Assembly: GCA_003693705.1 (NCBI GenBank)
Contig: RBZT01000266.1
Location: forward strand, 9,701 to 73,700
DNA: 64,000 bases
From: Polymyxa betae A26-41
Taxonomy: Eukaryota; Protista; Endomyxa: Phytomyxea
Direction of reading: 5' to 3'
Of the stretch, positions 1 through 11,600 are shown piece by piece. Position 1 is the first letter of the stretch, and each line of letters opens with the position of its first letter. The position numbers and the translations under genes were made by a program. Below the pieces are notes generated by a model that saw only the letters and a program-made list of their open reading frames with translations, was not told the origin of the DNA and did no database searches.

Positions 1-747
1 CTGGCGACTTTGCTGGGTGATAAATCTGCAACTGTTCGAGAAAGAGCTCGAAACAGTCTTTTGATGATCAAGAATTGTCTGGGAAAAGCGAAGTTCTCAA
101 AATTCTCGTCATCTACGCTGTCTTCTGCCGTTCTAAGCGCGATCGATGTTGCCGATAGCCAGAGCCGAAATCGGTATATTCGAAGTGCACCTCAAGTTCG
201 TAAAGTGAAGATTGGCCCTCTGCAGCCACTCATGACCAGCCGTCGGCCAGATCCTCTCTCAAGGGTGGGCTCTGAGTGCTCAGACGAGAGCATTGGCAAT
301 GTCTCATTCGACAAAGTCCCACGTCGACAAACGGCATCGTCGAACCTCTATAATAGGAAGTTCTGCGCCGAACCTGAGTTGTCGACGTTCAAGGTTCCTA
401 TCAACGACGAAGGATGCACGAATCGAAGGACAACCATTTGCACCGTCGATGGAAAGATGCTAAGAACCCAGCCCATACCTCCTGTGCCTCCATTTCGAGC
501 CAGTAAATTCGTGCCGAACCCACCACGAGCACCGACATACGGGTACGAGCAAGCACAAGGAGAGAGAACGCTGGCGCCTCGTATTTTCGAGCTGTCCTTG
601 TTACATAGCCGAATGAAACCCTATACGAACGACGCCGAAGCAAGGAATCGACGAGCTTCGGAGATGTTCGTCGCAGGCCGATTAGCCGGCGAGTCGTTAA
701 TCCAGGCAGGCGAGCTAGGGCAAAGGCGACGATCCTACCATGCATAG
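1..747 (+). CDS. TOG/CLASP-like HEAT-repeat protein, paralog A (3' part; 5' end outside window)
   Basis: The ORF aligns end-to-end with the C-terminal two-thirds of the 1856-2950 ORF (LLGDK..VRE.A..SL; QGERTLAPRIFELSLLHSRMKP identical). Confidence 0.7.
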   Translation: MATLLGDKSATVRERARNSLLMIKNCLGKAKFSKFSSSTLSSAVLSAIDVADSQSRNRYIRSAPQVRKVKIGPLQPLMTSRRPDPLSRVGSECSDESIGNVSFDKVPRRQTASSNLYNRKFCAEPELSTFKVPINDEGCTNRRTTICTVDGKMLRTQPIPPVPPFRASKFVPNPPRAPTYGYEQAQGERTLAPRIFELSLLHSRMKPYTNDAEARNRRASEMFVAGRLAGESLIQAGELGQRRRSYHA

Positions 748-1589
748 TCTGACTAACTTTTATACCTAGTGATTGTAAATTTAGTATATTCACAATGCAA
801 TCGAAGAGTCATCATGTCTCTTGTAATCAGCACTGGGGACTCTCCCTCTCTAATCACTCCCTTTCTTCAATGAAGGGGGCTGCGCCCTCTTGTCATGAGA
901 TCTTGTCTTCATTCGTCATTATAGCGATTGCCAGAGTCTGTCATTCAGTTATGATCATGGGCGTCGCCATGGGAGGGATTGCCCAGATTAAGAGGTCCTT
1001 GGTATCCGATCCCGATCCCCATCGACCCTTGCCTTCAAATTGGGGATTGCCTATAGGTTACAAACAGCATTGTGCCATTCAATTGAGGTGCAACTCAAGG
1101 CATAAAGTACAACCCAGCACCACTTAATAGATTAAAGAAAACATATTCTCAGGATAGAACTCGTTATTGGAGATGCATCAGACTTCGCCATCTGAATCCA
1201 AGGTCTTTTATCGCATCTCGACGGCTAAACAGCTGCCTTGTCAGTTGAATTGAAAAGCAGAGTATTGTTTCCTATCACTTCGTTCTAGCGGCCTTCTCCG
1301 TGGATTCTTTGGACGTGTCTTTCTCATCCTTTTGCTTCTATAATCGCTGTATCGTATCCTATTTAAAAATTCAAACCGCACCTGCAATTGGCTTTGAACA
1401 ACATTGAATGATTCATTCTTTATCAGTTCAAAGCATATTTGAGGCGATACCTCGGTTTTGTACGGTTTTTATCAGAAAGCGACAGACTTCAATAGTGCTA
1501 TATTCTAACCGTACGTTGCGATCTGATCTTCCAACTAATAGCAGTTTTGTCGCTATATAACACAATCACTTCAGCCCTTCGTGGCGAGC

Positions 1590-2950
1590 ATGTGTACTGA
1601 CCTATCGGTAAGCCATTGTATCGCTTGTCAGCAGATCACCATCTCAATATCGCAATATAGGCAGCATTGGCAAAGTTTGATGGCCTGCCGTGGGATCAAC
1701 AAGTTCATACCCTGAAATACGTCATGGAAATTCTTGACGACGATGAAGGCCGGGATCTAGTTTTAGATAATCTGTAAGTCTTCCATCTTCGACGATTTGA
1801 ATAGCTATCTGATCCCGTATTCAGACGCCAGATCTGCATTGTTACTTGTGCTGCCATGGTCAGCTTACGATCCATGGTCGTTCGTGTCGGGATATCCACT
1901 CTATCAGCGTTATTCTCTTGTCTGGGTCAAGCTATGGATAGCGAGCTAGATTTCCTGATGCACCCTGTCGTGAAGAAAGTCTCCGATGGCGGCAACAGAT
2001 TTATTCGCGACGAGGCAATCGAATTGCTTCACGTGATTAGCGAAGCCATAGCGCCGGCTTCGCTTTGTAAATCGCTGCTTGACTACGTGCTTTCAAAGAA
2101 CGATTCTATTCGAAAGATCATGACAGAGCTCATTGCCAAATGCTTGCAAAGGTCCGCCGATAAGATATTATCGAGCCGAAATCTTGCGACAAGAATCATT
2201 ACAATATTGGCGACTTTGCTTGGCGATAAATTGGCAGCGGTTCGGGAGAATGCAAAGAGCAGTCTCATAGTGATCAAGAATTCGTTGGGAAGGGCGAAGT
2301 TCTTAAAGTTCTCATCGACAACGCTGTCATCTGCCGTCCTAAGTGCAATCGATCTTGCCGATAGACAAGGGCGAAATCGCTGCGTTCGAAGCGCGCCACA
2401 AGTTCGTAAAGTGAAGGCCGTTGCTCTTCAGCCATTAATGAGTAGTCGTCGGCCAGATTCTATTTCAAGGACAAGCTCTGCTTCTTCGGATGACAGCATT
2501 TGCACTTTGTTTGAGGAAACTGTATCACTTCGGCAGACAACGTCGTCGAGCGTGTTCAACAAAAAGTTCTGCGTCGAACCTGCATTGACGAGTTTCAAAG
2601 CTATAAGCGACGAAGAATGCAGGAGACGCAGGACAGCCAACTGCATTGTCGATGGGAAGCTACAAAGAACCCACCCGATCCCAAATACGCCTGTATATCA
2701 AGCCAGCAAAATCAGCTCAAATACACAACGAAGGCCAACATACGACAGCGACCGAGCTCAGGGAGAAAGGACACTGGCGCCTCGTATATTTGAGCTGTCC
2801 CTGTTACATAGCCGAATGAAACCCTGCAGGAACGACGCCGAAGCAAGGAATCGACGAAGTTCCGACATGTTTGTCTCAGGGCGGTCGGCCGGTGAGCCAT
2901 TAATCAGTACAGCTGATCTGGGGCAAAGGCGATCATCCTACCAGGCCTAA
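1590..2950 (+). CDS. TOG/CLASP-like HEAT-repeat protein, paralog B (3 exons; introns 1608-1660, 1774-1824)
   Basis: ATG at 1590; the GT-AG introns keep frame. LPWDQQ..., SLRSMVVR, NRFIRDEA and LGDKLAAVRENAK are CLASP_N/TOG HEAT-like motifs, followed by a basic Ser/Arg-rich tail. Confidence 0.7.
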
Positions 2951-3824
2951 CATCACATTCTACCTAATCATCATAAATTTAGTATAGTCGTCCAGCAACA
3001 ATATCGTCCTTGGCTCGAAGCCGTACGATTGTGGTTCTCCACAAAAGTCGAAGCAGTAGCTGGTTCAGAAAGATAATTATTCTGCTAGGGTCGGCTGCAC
3101 ACAGCAGCTGATCGTTGCGTAGCATGAGTGATTATTGTCGATGGAGATGTTCGATGGTTAGAATGGCCACCTCCTGAGATGCGCAGACAAACAACGATGA
3201 CGTCACGTCTGCACAATCGGCTGACAGGAAACAACAACAGGAAGGGAGAACGTGACAAGATAAAGAGCTTTTGTCAATCTATCTCCCGTGATCAAGCAAA
3301 TCCTGTGCCATCATGGCCTTGGCACATCTGTGATGGTGTTGGGAGTTGGAAGAAGAGGGTTGCGTCATGAGGACTGTAACATGACTTTGGTGTGCGCTTT
3401 GTATGTACCTAACACCCCAAACGACAGTTTTAGCGTAGATTCGGCCGTGGTCGCAGTTTTCTGAAAACTGCGTGTTTTGACAACTCGAAACTGTGGACTG
3501 GCGGAAAATCACTCAACAACATCAACTACCGTATTTGGTGACTTTGAACAATTCGATTGGCCGATGAACTTCAGACATTTAATCTCCGAGAGGGTTATTT
3601 AAGGGCTCTAAGATATGATATCTAAAGGAAGAGAACTATTTCTACGATTATCAAAGAAGCTGTTGGAGCCTACATAACAACACAACACTCACACTCAGTT
3701 TCCGTTGTCGAAACTGGCTCAAAACTGTTGTTTTTATAAAACCGAACTCCGAGCTCCGTTTTCCTCCAGTTTTGAATCTGTCGAAAGGAAGGAAAAGGGG
3801 AGTGTTCGAGGAATCCAGAGTGCC

Positions 3825-4529
3825 ATGGGCGTCCAGTTCAGCATTCCAATTTTTATCTTCTTCGCCGCCCTCTTCATTCCGAGTCCCGCGACCCATTTCT
3901 TGCTGAGCCGCGAGGAGTTTAGGAGGGCCAGAGACGAGGTGATATATAGCGACGCGTACATGAACTCGACCATCAACGGAAAGGATATGGACCCGGCCAC
4001 TTCCATGCACCGGGGGCTGTTGTACTTCGGCAGATTGGAGAACTTCTTGGAGTTCGTGAGGCCTTTGAATATGTGGCGAAGGCCATGGCAGGTCCAATAC
4101 TGGTTGAGCCCGTCCTTGACCGTCAGGGACAGAGCCATGGTCAACCACATGTCCGAAGGCTTTGCGAAAGTGTGCTCCATTTTCTACGCTCGGCATGGAC
4201 TACCCAGCGGTGCCGAGCGACGGCTGCCCAATGGATTCAGGGACTTCGTACGAGAGTTCGCCCGCCAGAATTATCCCCGATCCTCGCACCTCATGGCGCT
4301 GCATGGCGAGCTGGAACGCCAACTGACCATAGAGATATCGCATTGGCGCACGCAGGGTTCGCTGGGGGGAGCGGGCCGCGCTGGGGGCGAAGGGGGCGCT
4401 GGGGTCGAAGGGGGCGCTGGGGTCGAAGGGGGCGCTGGGGTCGAGGAGCGTAGGGAGGAGATTGGGCAGGGTCAGCAGATAGAGACGCCTGAGGATGAAT
4501 TCAGACTGTGGGTGAAGGAGGAACCCTGA
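3825..4529 (+). CDS. Intronless secreted orphan protein, effector candidate
   Basis: ATG 3825 gives a signal peptide MGVQFSIPIFIFFAALFIPSPATH. Single open exon, C-terminal GGAGVE repeats and acidic tail; no recognisable domain. Confidence 0.65.
   Translation: MGVQFSIPIFIFFAALFIPSPATHFLLSREEFRRARDEVIYSDAYMNSTINGKDMDPATSMHRGLLYFGRLENFLEFVRPLNMWRRPWQVQYWLSPSLTVRDRAMVNHMSEGFAKVCSIFYARHGLPSGAERRLPNGFRDFVREFARQNYPRSSHLMALHGELERQLTIEISHWRTQGSLGGAGRAGGEGGAGVEGGAGVEGGAGVEERREEIGQGQQIETPEDEFRLWVKEEP
4392..4445 (+). repeat. 18-bp coding tandem repeat GGGGGCGCTGGGGTCGAA x3 (GGAGVE), plus a degenerate upstream unit
   Basis: Directly visible in the sequence. Confidence 0.9.
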
Positions 4530-4968
4530 GACATCAAGGGAGTCGTCGATGATGGATATGGCCACCAGATTCGCCCTTGTCGTCACTGCCTGGTGCATGA
4601 CGACGTAAAGACGCTTGCCGAACCTCGAAGGTAACCGTGCAGGAATAGGCTCTCACCATCGACGCTGTCTAATTGAGACATCTGACTCCCTAACCTACAC
4701 CAGATGAGCCACATCTTGCTGACTTTGATACAAAACACAGAATAAAATTCAGCAAAAAATAAGTTTTTTCTTAGACAAAACTGGGCGAAAACCCGAAACG
4801 GAACCTGGGAGGCTCCCCCCTGACTAGGAGGCTCCCCATTGCAAACTGTGACTTGATGAAACGTCCAACATGTTGCGCCAGTTTGATGCTAAACAAAAGT
4901 CTTCAGCTGATCACATACTTATGTGATCCTGTCAGTTCTGATTGATTGATTAATAGGCAGCTAACAGT

Positions 4969-6547
4969 ATGCAGCTGAAGCTGTCGCGAGCCAACCTCAT
5001 CGCCTTCCTTGCCATCTATCCCTTGCGGGCCATTGTCGGTAGGCTTCTTCATCCACCAGATGTCCTGCTGAAATCTGCCTGCAGACGCCCGCGTCCATCG
5101 TGCTCTTGGTGATCTGCGCGTTGCGCTTGAAATCGGGCATCGCTTCGTTCTTTCGCGGATCGCGCATCAGAACGGCTCTGTTCTTTTACAGCTGCGTAGA
5201 AACGACGTTTTATTTATGGTTTCTGTACGCGCGAAGACGAGCTCAACGACGCCATCTGCTGGAAATCTCGGAGACGAAACATGATCGATGGGCGCTCCTG
5301 AATCGGATTCGTCAAGTCGGTCTACCAGGATGTAAATATCAGTTCGTTCGAGAATGGTTCGCTCCAACGCCATTGGAGAAGGTCGGGCGCGACGATCTCA
5401 AGCGATGGTTATCGTGGGCGTTCTTCGACAGATCCCTGGAAGAGGTCCTGCGGAGCGACGACGCCGACGAGCTCGACGAGATGGTGACGGAGCTCGAGAC
5501 CGACCTCGACATCCGCTTCACATCCGGCTCAACGAGCACGCCCTTGATCTTGCTGAATCTGGATCCGGTCGTCGCCAATCATCGTCCTTTCCTTCATTAC
5601 GCCGTCACCTCCTGCCTCGGCCTAGCCATGAACGCGAATCTTCGCATGAAACGGTTCCGGCGATATCACGTTGCCGGCACATCGTACTGGATCCGGGATG
5701 GAGCCCAGCACGACCTGCGTCCTTTGGTGTTCGTTCACGGGGTCGGAATCGGTCTGGCGACGTATTTACCATTTCGTAAGAAACCCTAACCCTAGCTGGA
5801 GTTGTGAGCTGAGTATCGTTGCAGTGAATGAAATCAGCCCGAATCGGGCGTTGATTCTGATCGAGTTGCCGCACGTGTCGATGAAGCTGCGATTGCGATT
5901 GAAGAAGATTCCATCGATGAGAGAGACGGTGGACGCCATCGAACGCATCCTGTTTCAGCACGGATACGAATCAGCGCTCTGGATGGGACACTCGCTGGGC
6001 ACCTTCATCGTCGCCTGCGCCCTGCAGTTCAAGCCCGAGATCGTCAGCAACGTGATCCTGATCGATCCCGTCTGTCTGATGCTCTGGGAGCCTCTCTTGG
6101 TGAAGAACTTCGTTTATCGAAAGCCATCGACGGCCAAACAGCGAATTCAGAGCTATCACGTCGCGTGAGTATCACGAATTGCTGATTCGTTTAACTCCAC
6201 TGAAAGAGGAAAATTCTGTAGTTTTTCCTTTTTAGGTTTTTCATATTTTTTTAGTACTTTTTTTAAATTTTATTAATTTATTTCTTAGAAAAGAGTTGCA
6301 TATCAGCTATTATTTCCAGAGGCATTTCTGCTGGCGTCAATGCGCGTTGTTCGCAGATCAACTGCCGTCCGATTCGACCGTCTTCGTCTGCGAACATGAC
6401 AATATCTGCAATCACGATCGAATCGTTTTATACCTGCAAAAGCACAGCATCGCTACGACATCGTTCGCCAGGCACGGACACGGCGGATGGATTCTGCGAC
6501 CCGATTCACGAATGAAGATTGTCGAAGCCATTGAAATGTATTCATAG
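4969..6547 (+). CDS. Membrane-anchored alpha/beta hydrolase (4 exons)
   Basis: FVHGVGIG oxyanion motif, GHSLG nucleophile elbow, LIDPV, and a C-terminal HGHG His motif. Introns about 5035-5084, 5776-5824, 6165-6288. Confidence 0.85.
5781..5797 (+). repeat. Telomere-like element AAACCCTAACCCTAGCT in hydrolase intron 2
   Basis: Exact 17-mer, also at 26440-26456 and 29385-29401. Confidence 0.85.
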
Positions 6548-6749
6548 ATAATAATCTGCTTGAGTAAAAAAACATGTGAATTTTATCATCGGTGCCCTAT
6601 TATCTCGAAGTCCGTGGCGGCCTTCCGAGCTCAAGTTCGCCTCTATCGTTCACATCTGAAACTCTGACGGACTAGCCACCGACCTCGGTTTAAAGCTTCC
6701 CCCAACAGCCAGTATCGTTCAGGCCCAGATTCCACCACCAGCAACAGCC

Positions 6750-7685
6750 ATGAGCAGCGAACGTGTCTATTCGGAGCGCAAGGTCGACTTCTGCGACCGC
6801 CTCAAATCGTACTTCAACGACAACAAGAGCATCCTGGTCGTACACGCCGACCATGTCGGCTCGAACCAGCTCCAGAAGATCCGTATCGAGCTTCGTGGCA
6901 AGGCCGTGATCCTGATGGGCAAGAACACCATGATCCGTCGTGTGATTCGTGAATGCATGATTCAGAACCCGAAGCTCGAGTCGCTTCTGCCTCACGTTCA
7001 GTCGAACGTCGGTCTGGTGTTCACCAACAACGATCTGAAGGAGATCCGCGACAGCATTCTGTCGAACCAGCTGCCGGCCGCCGCCCGTGCTGGTGCTGTC
7101 GCTCCCTGCGATGTCTTCATCCCGGCCGGACCGACCGGTTGTGACCCCGGTCAGACGTCGTTCTTCCAGGCGTTGAACATCCCGACCAAGATCGTCAAGG
7201 GTAACATCGAGATCACCAACGTCGTCCATCTGATCAAGAAGGGCGAGAAGGTCGGCAGCAGTGAAGTCGCTCTGCTCAACAAGCTCAACATTAAGCCGTT
7301 CTCATACGGTCTGATCGTGACCCAGATCTACGACAATGGCTCAACTTATGGCTCCGAAGTCCTCGATCTGTCTGAGGCCATGCTCATGCAGAAGTTCGCC
7401 CAGGGCGTTGCCGCCGTTGCCGCTCTGTCGCTGTCGGTCGGATACCCGACGTTGGCGTCGATTCCGCACTCGATCGCCGCCGCCTTCAAGTCGTGCTTGT
7501 CGGTTGCTGTCGAGACCGAGTACGAGTTCAAGGAGGCGACCAAGTTCAAGGAGTTCCTGGCCAACCCCGATGCCTTCATGGTCGCCGCCCCGGCCGCCTC
7601 CGAATCCAAGCCCGCCGAAGCCGCTCCAGCCGAGGAGTCCGAGGAGGAGAGCGAAGACGACGCCGAGTTCAACCTCTTCGACTAA
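6750..7685 (+). CDS. RPLP0: 60S acidic ribosomal protein P0 (uL10), intronless
   Basis: VGSNQLQKIR..LRGKAVILMGKNTMIRR, GPTGCDPGQTSFFQALNIPTKI, acidic tail ending FNLFD; strongly C/G-ending codons. Confidence 0.98.
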   Translation: MSSERVYSERKVDFCDRLKSYFNDNKSILVVHADHVGSNQLQKIRIELRGKAVILMGKNTMIRRVIRECMIQNPKLESLLPHVQSNVGLVFTNNDLKEIRDSILSNQLPAAARAGAVAPCDVFIPAGPTGCDPGQTSFFQALNIPTKIVKGNIEITNVVHLIKKGEKVGSSEVALLNKLNIKPFSYGLIVTQIYDNGSTYGSEVLDLSEAMLMQKFAQGVAAVAALSLSVGYPTLASIPHSIAAAFKSCLSVAVETEYEFKEATKFKEFLANPDAFMVAAPAASESKPAEAAPAEESEEESEDDAEFNLFD

Positions 7686-8083
7686 GTTCAACTATCTTCA
7701 TTCAATACACCTCTTGTTATCGTCGTTTTACAGAATATTTTGTTCGATTGTATTGAGGTAGCAGTTCTCCCATCTAATAGTCGTCAAGGTAGGACGCTCT
7801 ATAGAATCTTGCTCGAAGGCATTCCTTTTGCTTACCGAACGCCCGCGATGGAAACCATTCGGTCACACACCAGATCGCCGATGATGAAGTTTTCGGTCGG
7901 AACCGTCATGCCCAGAATCATTGCAACAGCCACAAGTTTTATATGTGATCAATTTGCACGAGATATTGCAAGGTCCAGTTGTCCTCCTGCAACGGCAACC
8001 ACGACTTCAACAGCGATTTATCGCCATCATCAAGCCCAGGAATCGATTTGTGTTCCGTTCTCGGTTCCTATCTCATTCTGATA

Positions 8084-8566
8084 ATGAAAATGCTTTACTA
8101 TCTCGGAACGCTTGCACTGCTATTGGCTTCGGCGTACTCGGCAGAAGAGGGCGCTGCGGCGACACCGCCAGCAGAACCCGACAACAAACAGTTCCAAGCC
8201 TTACAATATGGGTATTTAGGGCCACTAGGAGGAGTACCAGGTTATCCTGTTCCTGATCCTTTCGTGGATCCGTTCTATTACGACACGTTCCTGCCCTATG
8301 GATATCTTGGCTATGGATATGGTGGATACCCAGGCATTCCCATCTATGGTGGTGGACTCGGTGGTTGGGGATGGCGATCAGGTCTCGGCTATGGACGACG
8401 TCGAGGACGGTTTGGCGGATGGGGATGGAATCGTGGATATCGTCATCTAGGATCACCAGGATTCCGAGGGGGCTGGGGATATGGCGCTCGACCGCTTGGG
8501 CGAGGGTTCCGAGGATTCCATGGCGGTCGCGGCCGCTTTGGCAGACGATTCGGAGGGCGACGTTGA
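8084..8566 (+). CDS. Small secreted Gly/Tyr/Pro-rich then Gly/Arg-rich protein
   Basis: Signal peptide MKMLYYLGTLALLLASAYSA; intronless; GYG/GWG/GRG/GFRG low-complexity repeats. Confidence 0.75.
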   Translation: MKMLYYLGTLALLLASAYSAEEGAAATPPAEPDNKQFQALQYGYLGPLGGVPGYPVPDPFVDPFYYDTFLPYGYLGYGYGGYPGIPIYGGGLGGWGWRSGLGYGRRRGRFGGWGWNRGYRHLGSPGFRGGWGYGARPLGRGFRGFHGGRGRFGRRFGGRR

Positions 8567-8612
8567 TTCTGATTTCTATCACAATTTTAGATAAATCTCA
8601 GAAACAATTCCC

Positions 8613-11600
8613 TCATTCAGGTAGATCATCATCGATTTCGTCGAAGTCGCCTTGATCGTCTTCGGCTTCGGCGCTCTCGCCGAGATCTTGCAGTACGTTG
8701 GCTCGAATAAAGGGTCTTGGGTCCAGCTGGCATTGTTTCATGCGCTGAAGTAGAGCACCAGCTTGAGCAAAGTCGCCCTTTCCATGAAGGTACTCGATCA
8801 TCATCGCATACACATCTCCTTCGCGAATCGCATTCTATGCGAAACCCAATCAAAGCTGTGATTATAGTTATAGTGAGATCCGAACCTCAATATCATCCTG
8901 CTCAGTCAGGAAGACACAAATTCGAATAGCATCGGTGGCAGCACCTTGAGCAATAAGTGTCCTGGCCTGGATGAATTGCTCGATCAAATACACGCGCCTC
9001 TGCATTTGCTGCAGAGCTGATGGCTGCGCATTACTCGATTCCAGTACTTTTAGGCTCTCTTTCATTGCTAAAAGGGCCTAGAATTTGAGTTCCTAAGTAT
9101 GTACTTTGATGATTCTTAAAGTTCCTCAAACCTTATCGTAGTCCCGGTAATCATCAATCTCCTTTTGGGCGCACGAATCATAGAATAACGCCAACGACTC
9201 GTAAGCTCCCGCCTTTGTATAGAACGATATAATGGTTTTTGTGATCTCTGGATCGGAATGCCAATCGCAATTCTGTAGATGATTCGCAGCCAACATATAA
9301 ATCTCTCTCTTCTTGGTCATTGTTGCATAGTAGATAATTTTGCTGGTATCATTGGATTTTAGTAAGCACTTCATCGCTCTAACTTTATCTCCAGCCTGGG
9401 CGAGCTAAGGCAGACGTGTTAAAGCGTTCCGATATTTTACCTGTGTAAGCTTTTTCGTTGCCATATGATAGGAACCTATCGAAACCAAATATTTGGCCAG
9501 ATGTTTGAGATGCTCGTTTCTTTCAGGAAAGTCCATGTCTTTGGGGGGTGTTAGGCTTTCGGCTAAGTCGTCTGAGATGGGAAGCCGGTTGTTTATGCAA
9601 ACTTCTAAAGCCTATAATTCGCTTCCGTAATGCTGATCTGAACCAGATACGAGACTGCATACCTCTTTGTATCTTCGTCCTGATATGTACAGCTGAACTG
9701 TTTTCTCGTACTGTTGACTTTCCAGGAAAAATGATGCACATCTCTCGATGAGATCAGATGGTGTGTCGTTACCCATATCTGCGGTTAGCGACGCCAAACT
9801 GTCAAATTGATTTGTCTATCAAGATTAAATCAACAAAGCGGTAACAACAAGTATGATAGTCAAACCTGAAAGCATAAATCTAAAGCACGATTTAGTTTTC
9901 CTGCTTTCTGATAGAGCGTAATCGCTTTATCAAATATTTCTTGCTTCTGGAAATATTCGGCAGCTTCCATCTGTAGATCTGGCGGGCTCTCTAGGGCCAG
10001 TTTGTATAATTCCTTGATAACGAATGTCAGAGCTCGGAAAAACTTCTTCGAAAAGATAACTCACCTTGGTTCTATTTTGTTCTTTGGCGAGACGAAGAGC
10101 ATGGTTAAACCTGTTAGCTTGAGCATATAAACTGATGGCTTCATCATATTCCCCTTTAAGCTCTAATGTTCTGCCTAGCTGATAACAAGCGGCCATATTT
10201 TTACTTTGCTTGCATAGGCTCCTTGCTTTATCGAGATCTCCCTGAATTCACTAAAAATCGATACGTCATCGGATTCCAGGCGAGTACCTGAATGCAGTAG
10301 ATTCGAACACATGATAAGTAATCGTTGGCAGATAGATACCATTGGAGGGCAACTTCAAGACAGCCACGACCTTCATTATATTGGCCAAGCCAGACTTTAA
10401 GTTTCGGTTCGTTTGTCTTCTCGATATATCTTTCGAGTTCGCCAAGCTGTCCCAATTTCAAATACAACCGAGGAACCTGGGTGACAGAAATTCACAAATG
10501 CTGCCGGGCATCATTGCCAATACACACCGACCTCTGTGAAATGCGAATTACTAGCTTCATAAGCAGCAATGGCCTTTGAGATTTCGCCTCGAGATTCTAA
10601 GAGCTTGCCGTGAGAATACCTATATAAACAATATGTTTAGATTATCCCCATTGCCAATCCTGCACAATGTACTTTAGAGTCTTGAGCATGATTCGATGAT
10701 GTTTCTCGCATAATGCAAACGCTTCGTCCCATTTATCACACGCTGCGTACATTGATATCAGAAGATCATACCGACCGCAATCTGTGTAAAGCGCTACTGC
10801 CTATGATAAGGAATAAATCAGTGATCGTAACGAAATGCTTTCAAGCTGGAAACCAACTTCTTCGATCATGCCAAGCTCAATAGCTAGCGAGGCTAATTGC
10901 GCCTACGAACTCTGGTCATGAAACATGTACAGATACGGAATGTTGCTCTATTTACTTCTGGCTGCTCAGTTCGACACTCCCTGAGTGCTCTGGCGCCAGT
11001 AGCAAACCCCATATTCCCCAGACAGATACTGGCCATGTCCAAACGACGGGTAATCACACACATCTTAGCCATGCTCTTCCAGATTGATGGGCTGTCGATA
11101 TTCCTGACAGCGTGATACGCCTACGTACATTCTGAGAATGTCAGCACGCTTTGAAAAGCATCGTCGACCTCATCCATATCACCGATCGCCATCTTGAAAC
11201 TGAACTTCGCCAGGTCTCTCTTTGTCTGGTCATCGACACCCTCCAATCCGACGAAGTCTCTCATCACTCTCTTATCAATATGAGGTAATGACCCGGCTCC
11301 AAACCTATGTCAAGCATGAAAACTTAACGCAAAACGACCTGGATTCTATCTCATTACATGCCAGCCTGGCTCTTGATGTAGTATGTGAATGGGGTTTCAC
11401 TGCCAATCAGGAGATCGTCGCCGATCTCGAATCGATCCTGAAACTGGATGCCGTGCTCTGGTGTGACAAATAGAGCAAAAACGAGCGACGACGAAGACGT
11501 CTAAAGCACATCCATTAGATCGCGAATCAGTGCCCAGCGTCTGCGTTTACCGTTGACTTGGTCTGTCCAGGTTCAGGCTCTTCGGAATCTTTCGGGCAAG

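Noticed and set aside
795-1127. 110-aa ORF between the TOG paralogs
   Set aside because: No recognisable motif or coding-style bias; probably intergenic or decayed sequence.
2990-3700. Possible transposon remnant flanking the secreted gene
   Set aside because: No TIR, LTR, TSD or transposase/RT motif could be found by eye.
6690-7761. Long antisense and alternate-frame ORFs over RPLP0 and other GC-rich genes
   Set aside because: Shadow ORFs produced by strong GC3 codon bias.
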